Assembly: GCA_963843145.1 (NCBI GenBank)
Contig: CAWJJC010000011.1
Location: forward strand, 1 to 64,000
Direction of reading: 5' to 3'
Source of the DNA: an uncultured delta proteobacterium
GTDB lineage: Bacteria > Desulfobacterota > RBG-13-43-22
DNA length: 64,000 nucleotides
The notes below the pieces were generated by a model. That model did not search any database, had not been told where the DNA came from, and saw only the letters and a list, made by a program, of their open reading frames with translations. Position 1 is the stretch's first letter, and each line of letters begins with the position of its first letter. The position numbers and the translations under genes are program-made. This document shows, in pieces, positions 50,217-60,640 of the stretch.

Positions 50217-50276
50217 TATAGACAAGTCTGTATAGTTTCTGTTATGTTTATAACAAAGCGATTTTATGGATGTCAA
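50217..50276 (-). promoter_or_regulatory. Sigma70 promoter and probable TetR operator for the molybdoenzyme operon
   Basis: Minus strand TTGACA (50276)-N18-TATAAA; palindrome TATAGAC-AA-GTCTGTA at 50217-50232. Confidence 0.55.
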
Positions 50277-50357
50277 CACTTTTTTTTAAAGAATACTATT
50301 TTTTTAGCAGGAGATTCGAGCCATCCGACCTAGCTCAGGCCGAAATCATAAAAAGTG

Positions 50358-50685
50358 GTTGTCCGTCCTTTTGGGTGGGTGGCCACAGTATGTGGTAGAA
50401 TAGCGAAATTGGATCTCCGTTGCCGCCGGGTCTCGGCGAGAGGGTTTTCCAAAGGTACTCCGGACTTAGAATCCGGGCCTAAGTTACTAATTTAATTTGA
50501 AGCAGGCCCATACTCCGAGTCTCTTGACTGGTCTCAAGTCGGCCCTGCCTCCAGGAAGATTTGAAAACACGGGGGCCGGGTTAGAACCCAAAAAGGCCTG
50601 CCAAGGCGGGCTGGAAAACCCTTTCGCTGAGACCCGGCGGCCATACCAAATTTGGGGAGGATCCACCCAAAAGGACGAAGCGTCT
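50358..50685. repeat. Nested inverted-repeat element, copy 1
   Basis: Outer IR CGTCCTTTTGGGTGG / CCACCCAAAAGGACG; inner IR 50422-50451 / 50612-50641; homologous to 60641-60960. Confidence 0.9.
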
Positions 50686-50813
50686 AAAAAGTGAATGGGG
50701 ACAAGCCAAGGAAACTCATTGACAGGACTTTTCTATGGTATAAAGTATTCCAATTCTGTTTGGGTAGTAACCAATCACCACACCCTTTGAACCGATTAGG
50801 ACTGGAAGAGAAA

Positions 50814-51461
50814 ATGCCCTCGACAAAAAGAGAACAGGCTTCGCAGAAGAAAAGAGCCAAAATTATCCAGACCACCTTGGATCTCCTTTTGAAAAAGGGG
50901 AATGCGGAGTCCACTTCAACGACGGCGGTCTGTGCTGCGGCCCGGGTGACTCGGCCCACGCTTTACCATTTCTTTGGAAGCAAACGAAATCTTCTTTTGT
51001 CCGTTCATCTGGAAGCGATCGAGAGTACGCTAAAACCTTATTTGGAAAAGGCCTCCGCCATAGATGATCCCTTCGCCAGACTTCGCTTTATGGTCCGGAC
51101 CTTTACCAAGGAGGTTATCTGTCTTCATCCGGAATTACGGGTCCTTATTCATGACACGCTCACGGTGAAAGATAAGCATTTTCGACCGATCCGGGAGGCC
51201 TGGAAAAAACATTACCTTCTGCTTCGGGACACCATCGCTGAATTGCAAAAAGCCAAAAAAATAAGTGCGGAAGTTAAACCCTCCTGGGCAAGCCTCTTTG
51301 TGCTCGGCATGCTCACCTGGACCACCTATTGGTTCGACTTTGAAAGAAAAACGGACATCGAGCGCATTGCCGATCAGGCTGAACAGTTTATTCTTCAGGG
51401 CTTAGGAGTAAGAAAAGCCAGGGTTGGGAAAAAGAAAAGGGAGGTTTTCGGAGGGAAGTAA
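50814..51461 (+). CDS. TetR/AcrR family regulator (KstR2-like C-terminus)
   Basis: HTH VCAAARVTRPTLYHFFGSK; LGMLTWTTYWF; TTGACA at about 50719. Confidence 0.92.
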   Translation: MPSTKREQASQKKRAKIIQTTLDLLLKKGNAESTSTTAVCAAARVTRPTLYHFFGSKRNLLLSVHLEAIESTLKPYLEKASAIDDPFARLRFMVRTFTKEVICLHPELRVLIHDTLTVKDKHFRPIREAWKKHYLLLRDTIAELQKAKKISAEVKPSWASLFVLGMLTWTTYWFDFERKTDIERIADQAEQFILQGLGVRKARVGKKKREVFGGK

Positions 51462-51566
51462 GGTGTCGGTCGGAAAGCGCATCCTCAGGGTGGAGAAAGA
51501 ATCTGATATCCCGGAATCAATGTCCGGGCTGTTTTCTAAAGCTTAGTCACACCCTCCCCCGAAATA

Positions 51567-52718
51567 TTACACCGGCCCCAACCCCAACCTTCTGGCGATG
51601 ATCAGTTTCATGATCTCGGTGGTGCCGGCGAAGATGGAGAGGCTGCGGGCGTCCCGGAAGAGACGGCTGATGCGGTACTCCTCCATATAGCCGTAGCCGC
51701 CGTGAAGCTGCACGGCCTGATAGGCCACGCGGTTGACCATCTCCCCCAGCCAGGCTTTGGCCATGGAGACCTTGGTGACGATGTCGTCCCCTCGGATGTA
51801 TTCGGCCGCCAGGGTGTTCAGGTAGGTGCGGCCGATGTCCACCTCGGTGGCCATCTCGGCCAGCTTGAAGGCGTTGTGCTGGAAACTGCCGATGGTCCGG
51901 CCGAAGGCCTCCCGCACCTTGGCGTAGTTCATGGCCTCTTTCAGGCATTCCTCGGCCATGGCCTGGCACTTGACGCAGACCTCCAGCCGCTCCCGGGCCA
52001 GCTTCTCCATCATGTACTTGAAGCCCCGGCCCTCTTCCCCTAACCGGTTTCCGATCGGGACCCGGCAATCCTCGAAAAAAAGTTCGGCCGTGTCCTGCAT
52101 GTGATAACCCATCTTTTCCAGTTTGCGGCCCGGAGAAAATCCCGGGGTCCCTTTTTCCACCACTACCAGACTGATCCCTCCCGGTCCTAAGTCGGAAGGC
52201 TCGATCCGCACCGCCAGCACCACCACATCGGCAAAAATGCCATTGGTGATAAAGGTCTTCTGACCGTTGATGACGTAGTGGTCACCCTGCCGGACGGCTT
52301 TGGTCCGGATAGCGGCCAGGTCCGACCCGGCGTTGGGTTCGGTCAGACCGATGCAGGCGATGATTTCCCCCGTGGTGCAGCCCGGCAGGATTCTTTTTTT
52401 CAGATCTTCCGTGGCGTACGAATAAATATACGGCACGGCCACATCGGCATGCAGCGGGACGCCGACGCCGAAACCGTCGGCTCGGATCAGTTCTTCGCCG
52501 ATGATGATCGAATAGCTGAAATCCAGATCCAGCCCGCCGTAGGCTTCCGGCAGCCAAGGACAGAGATAGCCCTGCCCGCCCAGTCTTTTCCAAAGCTCCC
52601 GGGGTACGGCCCGGTCCCGCTCCCAAGCATCCACATGGGGAGTAATCTCCCGCGCGCAAAATTTCCGAAATTCCTGCCTGAACAGGCGTTGTTCGTCATT
52701 GTCTTCAAAGAGGGACAT
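51567..52718 (-). CDS. Acyl-CoA dehydrogenase (long-chain type)
   Basis: TEPNAGSDL, GQKTFITNG, QDTAELFF, ERL, HGGYGYMEEY. Confidence 0.95.
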   Translation of the reverse strand: MSLFEDNDEQRLFRQEFRKFCAREITPHVDAWERDRAVPRELWKRLGGQGYLCPWLPEAYGGLDLDFSYSIIIGEELIRADGFGVGVPLHADVAVPYIYSYATEDLKKRILPGCTTGEIIACIGLTEPNAGSDLAAIRTKAVRQGDHYVINGQKTFITNGIFADVVVLAVRIEPSDLGPGGISLVVVEKGTPGFSPGRKLEKMGYHMQDTAELFFEDCRVPIGNRLGEEGRGFKYMMEKLARERLEVCVKCQAMAEECLKEAMNYAKVREAFGRTIGSFQHNAFKLAEMATEVDIGRTYLNTLAAEYIRGDDIVTKVSMAKAWLGEMVNRVAYQAVQLHGGYGYMEEYRISRLFRDARSLSIFAGTTEIMKLIIARRLGLGPV

Positions 52719-52745
52719 GTTGTTTTAATTCCTTTGCCTTTTGAT

Positions 52746-52833
52746 GTCATACCGGACCTGATCCGGTATCCAGAGGGTTTGAAGCTTAGCCGGGTGATGG
52801 ATTCCGGATCGCGCTTCGCTTGTCCGGAATGAC
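52746..52833. repeat. GTCAT..ATCCA / TGGATT..ATGAC paired-hairpin element, variant
   Basis: GTCATACCGG..CCGGTATCCAG-spacer-TGGATTCCGGA..TCCGGAATGAC. Confidence 0.8.
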
Positions 52834-52838
52834 GCTTC

Positions 52839-53684
52839 TTACCTTCTTATCTTCCGGTTGTAGTTGGTATACCGCCGGGCCATGCGGTCCCGGCCCAGCA
52901 TGAGATCCACGCCCAGGATGAACGGCTTCATCCGGGCGGCATCGACGATGGCGCAGTTGAGGCCGGCCCGGATGGCCAGGGCCAGAAAGACGGCGTTGAC
53001 GGCCAACCGGTTCGGCAGGCCAAAAGAGACGTTGCTGGCCCCCAGGACGAGATTAACCCCGGTTTCCCGCTTGACGGTTTCCAGGGTTTCCAGCGTAATC
53101 AAGACGGCTTTGTCGTTGACCGCACTCGATTCGGCCAGACAATCGAGCAGCAGGTCATCCCGCGGTATTCCCAAATTACTCGTCCGTTCCAGGATATGCC
53201 AGGCGATCTCGAGTCTTTTTTGGGGGACCTTGGGGATGCCTACCCCCCCGGAAGTCATGGCTACCAGGGCAGTCCCGTATTGTTTCACCAGGGGCAGGAT
53301 CTTATCCAGCAACGGGTCTTCCCCGGTGACCGAACTGATGACCGGCTTTCCACAACCCAATCGTAAAGCGTTTTCCAGCGCCGTCGGGTTTCGGCTTTCC
53401 AGACAGAGCGGGAGATCCACGGTCTCCATGACGGTTTTGGCCACCTGGGGGAGAACCACGGTCTCATCGATCCCGAAGGTGGCCACGCTGATAATCAGGA
53501 TATCGGCCCCGGCCTCCGCCTGTTTTAGCGCCTCGCGGCGAATGGGCTCCAGGTCCCCCGATTTCATAGCTTCTTTCAGCGGTCCCTTGCCGAAAGGATT
53601 GATCCGCTCCCCGATCAGCACCGTCGGTCGCCCGTCGCCAATAATCACTTCCTTGCCCTGTGGGCTGACTACTCGTGTTTCCAT
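52839..53684 (-). CDS. Pterin-binding methyltransferase (methyl-THF:corrinoid, AcsE/MetH-like)
   Basis: IGERINP, Q.EAGADIL, GASNVSFGLP.R; GAGGAG RBS before ATG 53684. Confidence 0.9.
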   Translation of the reverse strand: METRVVSPQGKEVIIGDGRPTVLIGERINPFGKGPLKEAMKSGDLEPIRREALKQAEAGADILIISVATFGIDETVVLPQVAKTVMETVDLPLCLESRNPTALENALRLGCGKPVISSVTGEDPLLDKILPLVKQYGTALVAMTSGGVGIPKVPQKRLEIAWHILERTSNLGIPRDDLLLDCLAESSAVNDKAVLITLETLETVKRETGVNLVLGASNVSFGLPNRLAVNAVFLALAIRAGLNCAIVDAARMKPFILGVDLMLGRDRMARRYTNYNRKIRR

Positions 53685-53704
53685 AAAGCACTCCTCAGTT
53701 TTAT

Positions 53705-53810
53705 GCACCACCCGCTCGCTGCTCTCGCTCAAGACGCAAAGAAGCAGTGAAATTTTTATTCGCGGAGCGATATCCTTTTCGCCTTGGCGTCCTTTGCGTC
53801 TTTGCGGTGA
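53705..53810. repeat. Short-period palindromic intergenic element (CGCAAAGA / TCTTTGCG type)
   Basis: AAGACGCAAAG pairs with CTTTGCGTCTT. Confidence 0.55.
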
Positions 53811-53813
53811 ATA

Positions 53814-55068
53814 TTAATACACTCCGTATTCCCTTGTAAAATCAATCAGGGCTTTCACATTTTCCGGTTTGGCGTCGTCCAGGCCGGTGGAGGTGTCCAT
53901 GATGTATCCGCCGCCCTTGGCCACCGTGTCGATCAAGTTTTTACAGTAGGTCCGGACCTGATCCGGTGTGCCGGTGGCCATGATGGACAAGGGGACGTTG
54001 CCCCGGATGCAGACCCTGCCGCCGAGGATCTTCTTGGCCTTAACCATGTCGGTGGCCTCAAAGGCGTAGCAGGCCTTGCCCTCCGGAATATCCTTAATGG
54101 TCTCCAGACGGGTGGTGCAGTTCCCTTCCCACAGGGGGCAGGGGTTGAGCCCCTCTTTGATCAAGGTATGCATCAGGTCTCGGAGAGTAGGCCAGAAAAA
54201 GCGATCGAACTGCTCCTTGGACATGAAATTGTCCAGCCCCCAGTGGATCGGGATGAATACCCGAGGATTCCCGGTGGCCCGGGTGCCGTTCACCGCCATC
54301 TCGATCATGAAGGGCAGCAGCTTCTCGCAGGCCTGAACCACTTTCTCCGGCCTCCGGTACATGTCGAGCATGGTGCCTTTCATACCCCGGAAAAAATCGC
54401 TCAGGGTGTCAAAGGGGGCCTGGCAAATACCTCCGACCTGCATGGGAAAACCCGCTTCCCGGGCCTCCTTGGTAAAACGCTGGCCGTAGGTGGCGATCTC
54501 CATGGATTTTTCTCCAGCCTTGACCAGCGTTTCCAGGGCCGCTTTGACCTCCGGCTGGGCAAATCCCCGGAAGCCCATGGAGACCCCCAGGTAATAGCTG
54601 ATAATATTGTGAAGGGGTGGGAGCTGCTGCAAGCCGCTCAGCCCCCCCATGATGCGAGGCCAGAACCTCCGGATCATGAAATCGGTGGGGTCGAGCAGAA
54701 AATGATCGTACTCCTCGGCTTTCATATACTCGCCCTCGATATACTGATAGGTCCGGTTGGCGGTTACCCCGTGGCCGGGCCACTTCAGGGGCTTGAAATC
54801 CAGGGTTTCCAGGATGGGGCCCAGGAAACGCAAGCCGAAGGGGTTGTTGTCCATGTCCGGTTCGAAATCGATCATGGTCTTCCACTGGGCCTCGAAAAGT
54901 TTATCCGGGTCGTACATCAGTTCCTGGACGGTCATTCCACAGTACTTGGCCGGGAAAAAGGCGAAAAAAACCAGAATGGGTACCCGATCCGGGACGCGCA
55001 AGGCGATGGCGTCCAGAACCCTCTTTTCCCGTTGTTGATAAAGTTCGGCAGCGGTTTCTTTCATCCTC
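53814..55068 (-). CDS. UroD/MtaA-CmuA family methyltransferase-like protein
   Basis: PDRVP, APFD..RG, FIPIH, MS..QF..FFWP, GNVP, GGGYIM. Confidence 0.9.
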
Positions 55069-55697
55069 ATTCTCCTATCCACTGTTTGCAGAGGTTGACC
55101 GCGGCGATAGCGTCGCGACCGTAGGCGTCGGCCTTCACATATTGTCGGATCTCCTCATCGATCTGCCCGCCGCCGATCATAATCTTTATATTTTCCCTTA
55201 GTCCTGCCGCCTCGAGGGCTTCGATGGTCTGTTTCATGGAATCGAAGGCCAGGGTCAAAAAAGCGCTCAGGCCCACCACCCGGGGCTGAAACTCCCGGGT
55301 CTTCTCCACCACTGTTTCAATCGGCACGTCGATCCCCAGGTCGAGCACTTCGTAGCCGCTCACCTCCAGCATAAAGACGACGATATCCTTGCCGATATCG
55401 TGGATGTCCCCTTCCACGGTGGCGATCAGGACCCGCCCTTTCTTGGGACCCTCCTCGCCCTGGGTCAGCAGCGGCTTGACGATCCCCGAGATGGCCGTCA
55501 GGATCTCGCCGGCCATAACCAGGTCTGGAATGAAGTACTCGTACGGTTTCGAATCGTTTTCCCACGATCTCCATGGCCGCCCGGGCGGCGGCCAAGATCT
55601 CGAGGGGATCCGTTTTCGCGGCTACCAGTTCCTGGACGCGTCCCAGGGTTTCCTCCTCCTTCAGGTCCGCCATCAGGTCTATCAGTTTTTGATCCAT
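55067..55697 (-). CDS. Corrinoid (B12-binding) protein, copy with a 1-bp insertion near 55544
   Basis: GDIHDIGK motif; aligns with 61363-61989 except GTACGGTTTC versus GTAGGTTTC. Confidence 0.9.
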
Positions 55698-55743
55698 ATA
55701 AAACCTCCCGAGATAATGCTAAAAAATGGTAAAACGTTAAGCT

Positions 55744-55820
55744 CAAATTCGAAATCCGAATTTGAACATTTGGAGTTTGTTTCGAATTTCGTGCTTCGAA
55801 TTTCGGTTTTAGGATTTAGG
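55744..55820. repeat. 7-bp-period palindromic repeat (AAATTCG/AAATCCG .. CGAATTT)
   Basis: AAATTCGAAATCCGAA..TTCGAATTTCGTGCTTCGAATTTCGG. Confidence 0.7.
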
Positions 55821-55822
55821 TT

Positions 55823-57013
55823 TTATTTCCCCTTATACAACTTCCAGGCTCCCTTCTCGATCACCACCGGCACATAGCACTTGGGCCCCAGGCCGTTGTG
55901 GTTTTCAGGGGAATAATTGAAGACGCCGTTTTGACCGACAAATCCCTTAATTTTCTCCAGGTTGTCCCGAAGCTGCTCCCTGATTTTAATCAAGTCATTG
56001 GCATTGGCCGGGTCCAGTTTGGGGTCCACCTTTTTCAAGGCCTCCGCCGTCAGGTAGACCTGGTCCCAGGGATGGCCGGCATAGAGGCTGAAGGCCCCGT
56101 AGAGCTTGGTGTATTTGGAATAGAGATCCATGGCCACCTTTTTCTGGATGTCGCCCGCCGGCAGGTCCGGGGCAATCAGGGTTTTCAGGGAAGTACTGAC
56201 GATCCCTTCCACGTATTTTCCGCCCAGGTCGATGAACTCCGGACCGACCACCGCATAATCGCTGACGATGGGATGGGTAAAACCCTGGTCCCGGGCGTTT
56301 TTGATCACAATGACCGTATCCGGCACGTTTCCGGTGATCAACAGGCCATCCACCCCGGCGGCCTTGAGGTGGGTGATCTGGGGGCTCATATCGGTGCTTC
56401 CCGGGGCGTATTTCTCCACCACGGCCGGGGTGATCTTCAGCTCTTTAACCGCCCAATCGAAAACTTCTTTTCCGGCCTGGCCGTAGGCGGTGTCGATGTA
56501 CAGGTAGGCGATCTTTTTGGCCCCCCGCTGCAGCAGGTTTTCCAGCAGGACGGGGATGGAGGCCTCCCGCTGGCGGGGAACGACGTTGAAGACCCATTTC
56601 TTGGTAGGGATCCAGAGTTTATCTATGGGGGTGGCGGCGATCATCGGGATTTTCGCGGATTCGACGGTTTGGAGGACAGCCATGGCAGCCCCGGAGGAGC
56701 TGTAGCCCCCGAGCAGGACGGCCTTATCCACTTCGATTAATCGCTTGGTGTGAATGACCGCTTTAGCCGGCTCGCTCTCCGTGTCATAATAAACCACTTT
56801 CAGTTGCCTGCCGTTTACGCCGCCGGCGGCATTGATCGTATTGACGGCGATCTCCATGCCCCTTTTCCCGCCGATTCCCAGATTGGACTGCCGGCCGGTC
56901 ATGTCCAGAACGCCGCCAATTACGTAGGGGGCCTTCTGGGCCTGACTGCTGCCGGGTAAAAAGAATACCGCACCTACGACCAGGGCCAGGGTGATAAAAA
57001 ATACGCGTTTCAT
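55823..57013 (-). CDS. LIV-type ABC substrate-binding protein (aromatic-acid-binding type)
   Basis: Signal peptide, INAAGGVNGR, YDTES, DTAYG, HNGL. Confidence 0.92.
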   Translation of the reverse strand: MKRVFFITLALVVGAVFFLPGSSQAQKAPYVIGGVLDMTGRQSNLGIGGKRGMEIAVNTINAAGGVNGRQLKVVYYDTESEPAKAVIHTKRLIEVDKAVLLGGYSSSGAAMAVLQTVESAKIPMIAATPIDKLWIPTKKWVFNVVPRQREASIPVLLENLLQRGAKKIAYLYIDTAYGQAGKEVFDWAVKELKITPAVVEKYAPGSTDMSPQITHLKAAGVDGLLITGNVPDTVIVIKNARDQGFTHPIVSDYAVVGPEFIDLGGKYVEGIVSTSLKTLIAPDLPAGDIQKKVAMDLYSKYTKLYGAFSLYAGHPWDQVYLTAEALKKVDPKLDPANANDLIKIREQLRDNLEKIKGFVGQNGVFNYSPENHNGLGPKCYVPVVIEKGAWKLYKGK

Positions 57014-57070
57014 CTGTTGTCCTCCTTTTAATAATGATGGTCTCTTTTTTGTTTTTGCATATAATTTCTC

Positions 57071-57152
57071 GTCATCCCCGAATGTCTTTATCGGGGATCC
57101 AGTGTTTCCTAAAAAAACCTGGATTCCCGCTCAGAAGCCCTGCGGGAATGAC
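57071..57152. repeat. GTCAT..ATCCA / TGGATT..ATGAC paired-hairpin element, copy 2
   Basis: Arms nearly identical to 23451-23534 with a different spacer. Confidence 0.85.
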
Positions 57153-57222
57153 GCTCTGGGATGGTGGTACTATTTTGAGACCGTTAATATACCTGTTTCA
57201 TTATAACGTCCGGTATAGTTTC

Positions 57223-58014
57223 TCAGCCGCCCAGATAAGCGGATTGGATGATCGGACTATCGACCACCTCCCGGGCCGGGCCTTTCAGGACGATCTCGCC
57301 CCTTTCCAGCACATAGACATAATCGGCAATCTTCAGGGCCGCTCGGGCGTTTTGCTCCACCAGTAGCAGGGAGATATCCCCCTGACGGGCTATTTTTTTC
57401 AGGACGCGCATCACTTCCGCCACCAGCAGGGGCGAAAGCCCCAGCGAGGGTTCGTCCAGGGCCAGCAGTTTCGGCATGGCCATCAGCGCCCTGCCGATGG
57501 CCAGCATCTGTTGTTGCCCGCCGGACATGGTCTCCGCTTTCTGTTTGACTCGTTCTTCCAGGATGGGAAAAAGGGTAAAGACCATTTTAAGGCGACCGCC
57601 CAGGGCCTCTCTTCTCTTCTCGCCGGACAGCGAGTAGGTCCCGATAAGCAGATTATCCATCACGCTCAGGGAACCGAAAAGTTCCCGCCCCTCGGGAACG
57701 CTGGCGATCCCTTGGGCAATGACCCGATGCGTCGGCAGGCCTTCGATGGGCCGGCCCTCAAAAAAAATCCTCCCTGCCCGGGGGGTCAGCAATCCCGTGA
57801 GGGTCTTGAGTAAGGTGGTTTTCCCGGCGCCGTTGCTGCCCAGAAGGGCCACGATCTGTCCGGCCCGGACGGTTAGGGAAATCTCCTTCAGGACCTGGGC
57901 TTCCCCGTAAAAGGTGGCAACCGCCTCCAGCCGGAGGCGAGGTGTTTCCCCGTTCCCCGGGGTTTCCGGTGCGCTTCCGTTCACCCGGGGATCAGGCAAC
58001 GGCCACCTCCTCAC
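57223..58014 (-). CDS. livF: LIV-type ABC ATPase
   Basis: GSNGAGKT, MSGGQQQM, LDEPSLGL. Confidence 0.92.
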   Translation of the reverse strand: MRRWPLPDPRVNGSAPETPGNGETPRLRLEAVATFYGEAQVLKEISLTVRAGQIVALLGSNGAGKTTLLKTLTGLLTPRAGRIFFEGRPIEGLPTHRVIAQGIASVPEGRELFGSLSVMDNLLIGTYSLSGEKRREALGGRLKMVFTLFPILEERVKQKAETMSGGQQQMLAIGRALMAMPKLLALDEPSLGLSPLLVAEVMRVLKKIARQGDISLLLVEQNARAALKIADYVYVLERGEIVLKGPAREVVDSPIIQSAYLGG

Positions 58015-58790
58015 CCAGGTAGGCCTTGATCACGGTCTCGTTCCGTCTGATTTCCTCCGGAAGTCCTTCGGCAATCAAAGAGCCCCCGTCCAGGACCAGT
58101 ACTTTTTCCGACAGGGACATGACGAAGGGCATATTGTGTTCCACGAGAAAGATGGTCAACCCTTCGGAGCGGAGCCGGTAAATCAGATCGACCAGTTTCG
58201 TGATCTCATGGGCCGCCAGACCGCCCACCGGTTCATCCAGCAAAAGAAATCGGGGCTGCATGCTCAGGGCCCGGGCCACCCCGACCAGCTTTCGTTCCCC
58301 CAGGGGCAGCTTGTCAATCGGGTCCCCGGCCTTATGCTCCAGGCCGATCAATTGCAGGTTGGCCAGGGCGGCCTCCCGTTCCTGTTTTTCCTCTCTCCGG
58401 GCCGAAGGCAGGGCTAGGCCGCAGGACACCATGCCGGCGCGGCTGCGCACGTGGCAGCCGACCATGACATTTTCCAGGACGGAGAGGCTGCCGAAGAGTT
58501 CTTCCAGTTGAAAGGTCCGGCCGATGCCCCGGGCGGCAATCTGATGAGCCGCCAGACCGGCGATATTCTCCCCCTGAAAATGGATTCGACCCTGGTCCGC
58601 CGGATACAGGCCGGTGATGACATTGATCAAGGTCGTCTTCCCGGCCCCGTTGGGTCCGATCAGGGAAGTGATCCCGCCCTGATCCAAATGGAAGGAGACT
58701 CGGTTCAAGGCCAGGATACCGCCGAAGTGCCGGCTGATTTCCTTGACCTCCAGCCAGGCTTCAGGACGGGTTGGCCCGCGCACGAGAGCT
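57992..58790 (-). CDS. livG: LIV-type ABC ATPase (start uncertain)
   Basis: FGGI, GPNGAGKTT, RTFQ, LDEP, VEH, AYLG. Confidence 0.9.
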
Positions 58791-59753
58791 CCTTCCAACC
58801 GGACCCAACCGTTCCAGCCACCCGGCCAGCCCGCCGGGCATGTAAATAAGGATGACGACGATAATGATCCCGAAAAAAAGCGCATCCACTTCGGCCGTCA
58901 TGACCGGCAGCACTTTTCCTAAATAGGTATGGATCAGTTCCTGCAGCCACATGACGACCAGACTCCCGAGCAGGGGTCCGTACAGGGTTTTCCCGCCGCC
59001 GATGATGATCATGGTGATCAATTGCACCAGGAGGGGGAACCCAAAAAGCGCAGGCATGATATAACGAATCCAAAAACAGAAAAGGCTGCCCGCCAGACTG
59101 GCCAGGATAGCGGTGATAATGAACAACCGCAGTTTATAGGCCGCCACGTTGATCCCCAGGCAGCGGCTGGCCGTTTCGCTGTCATTAAAGGAGACGATGG
59201 CCCGGCCCATGCGGGAATGCATCAGATTGTTCAGAAACCAGTAGGTTCCCAGACAGAGCCCCCAGGTTAGAAAATAAAAAGACCGGTCCCCCTCCAGGGC
59301 CAGTCCCCCGATGGACAGCGCCGGAATGCCCATCAGACCGTCGTGGCCGCCGGTGAGCGATCCCAGGTTGGCGATGACGATCTCGACAATCAACATCAGC
59401 GAGAAGGTGGCGCAGGCCAGATAATACCCCTTCAGCCTGAGCAACGGAGCCCCCAAAACAAGAGCCATCAGGGCGACGAACCCCGCGGCCAGCAGGATGG
59501 CCAGCAGGGGGGGCAACCCTTTGACCGCGGCGATGCCCGTCACGTAGGCGCCGAGTCCGAACCAGGTGGGATGGGCCAAGGAGAAGATCCCGGCCTGCTC
59601 CAGCAGCACGCCTTTCCCCAGGGCCAGGGCGCCGTAAATGGCGACAAAACACATGACCCCGATGACGTAGGACCCGGACACCGCCAGCGGCAACAGGAAA
59701 ACGGCCAGGGCAAAGACCAGGAAGGGCAGCGGGAACCGTGTCTCCGATTTCAT
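58761..59753 (-). CDS. livM: LIV-type ABC permease
   Basis: LKGYYLA.AT, TGG.DG; start MKSET with GGAGG RBS. Confidence 0.9.
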   Translation of the reverse strand: MKSETRFPLPFLVFALAVFLLPLAVSGSYVIGVMCFVAIYGALALGKGVLLEQAGIFSLAHPTWFGLGAYVTGIAAVKGLPPLLAILLAAGFVALMALVLGAPLLRLKGYYLACATFSLMLIVEIVIANLGSLTGGHDGLMGIPALSIGGLALEGDRSFYFLTWGLCLGTYWFLNNLMHSRMGRAIVSFNDSETASRCLGINVAAYKLRLFIITAILASLAGSLFCFWIRYIMPALFGFPLLVQLITMIIIGGGKTLYGPLLGSLVVMWLQELIHTYLGKVLPVMTAEVDALFFGIIIVVILIYMPGGLAGWLERLGPVGRSSRARANPS

Positions 59754-60622
59754 AGGGTCCTCCTCCGAAAGCGCCAGCGGTAGGTGCTGAGGACCAGGAA
59801 AATCACCATCACCAGCAGGGAAAAGACATCCTTCAAGCTCGCGGAGATGAAACCGGCGCAAAATCCTTCCAGCAGCCCCAAGGCCAGGGCGGCCAGGACC
59901 GTCCCGATGATCGTCCAACCGCCCACAATAGCGGCCACCAGCCCCTTCAACCCGTTTAACAGTCCGATTTCATATCCCGTGAAGGTAATCGGGGCGGTGA
60001 CAATGCCGGTGAGGGCCCCCAGGCCTCCGGCCAGTCCGAAACAGAAAAGTCGAAAACGGCTGATGTCGATGCCCATCAGTTTGGCGCCGGTCGGGTTGAC
60101 GGCCGAAGCCCGGAGCGCCTTACCGAACAGGGTATAGTTAAGGAACCAGGTGAGCCCGGCGGTGACGATAACCAGAAAACCAACAACCACGATTACCTGA
60201 GGGGTCAGCGTGGCCCCCAGCACCTGGATGGGGGTATTCCCGAACATGGGGTCGATTTTCCGGGTTTCCGAGCCCCATTGCAGCAGGATGACCCCCTTGA
60301 TGATGGAGGCCAGGGCGATGGTCAGCATCATGTAGACCATCTCCGAAGGCTGCCTCACCGGCCGGATGGCCGTTCGCTCCATGATGACGGCGATGGCAAT
60401 GGTGGCGGCCACCGCCAGCAGGGAAGACGGCAACAGTCCCAACCCCGCGCTGTGAAAGCCCCAGGTCAGCATCCCGCCCAGCATGACGAATTCACCGGTG
60501 GTGAAGTTGAGGACCTTGGTGATCAGATAGACTACGCTCCAGCAGATACCGAGTACGGCGTAAATGCTTCCGCCGGTCAGACCGGAAATGGCGTATTGGA
60601 GGATTTGGGAGAAGAGGGTCAT
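59750..60622 (-). CDS. livH: LIV-type ABC permease
   Basis: LNFTTGEFVMLG, GKALRA, KGL.AAIVGG. Confidence 0.92.
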   Translation of the reverse strand: MTLFSQILQYAISGLTGGSIYAVLGICWSVVYLITKVLNFTTGEFVMLGGMLTWGFHSAGLGLLPSSLLAVAATIAIAVIMERTAIRPVRQPSEMVYMMLTIALASIIKGVILLQWGSETRKIDPMFGNTPIQVLGATLTPQVIVVVGFLVIVTAGLTWFLNYTLFGKALRASAVNPTGAKLMGIDISRFRLFCFGLAGGLGALTGIVTAPITFTGYEIGLLNGLKGLVAAIVGGWTIIGTVLAALALGLLEGFCAGFISASLKDVFSLLVMVIFLVLSTYRWRFRRRTL

Positions 60623-60640
60623 GGATTTTTTGTAATTAAT

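Noticed and set aside
50358-50685. Structured element as tRNA, tmRNA, RNase P or SRP RNA
   Set aside because: No cloverleaf or recognisable conserved motifs; it has terminal inverted repeats and a second copy at 60641
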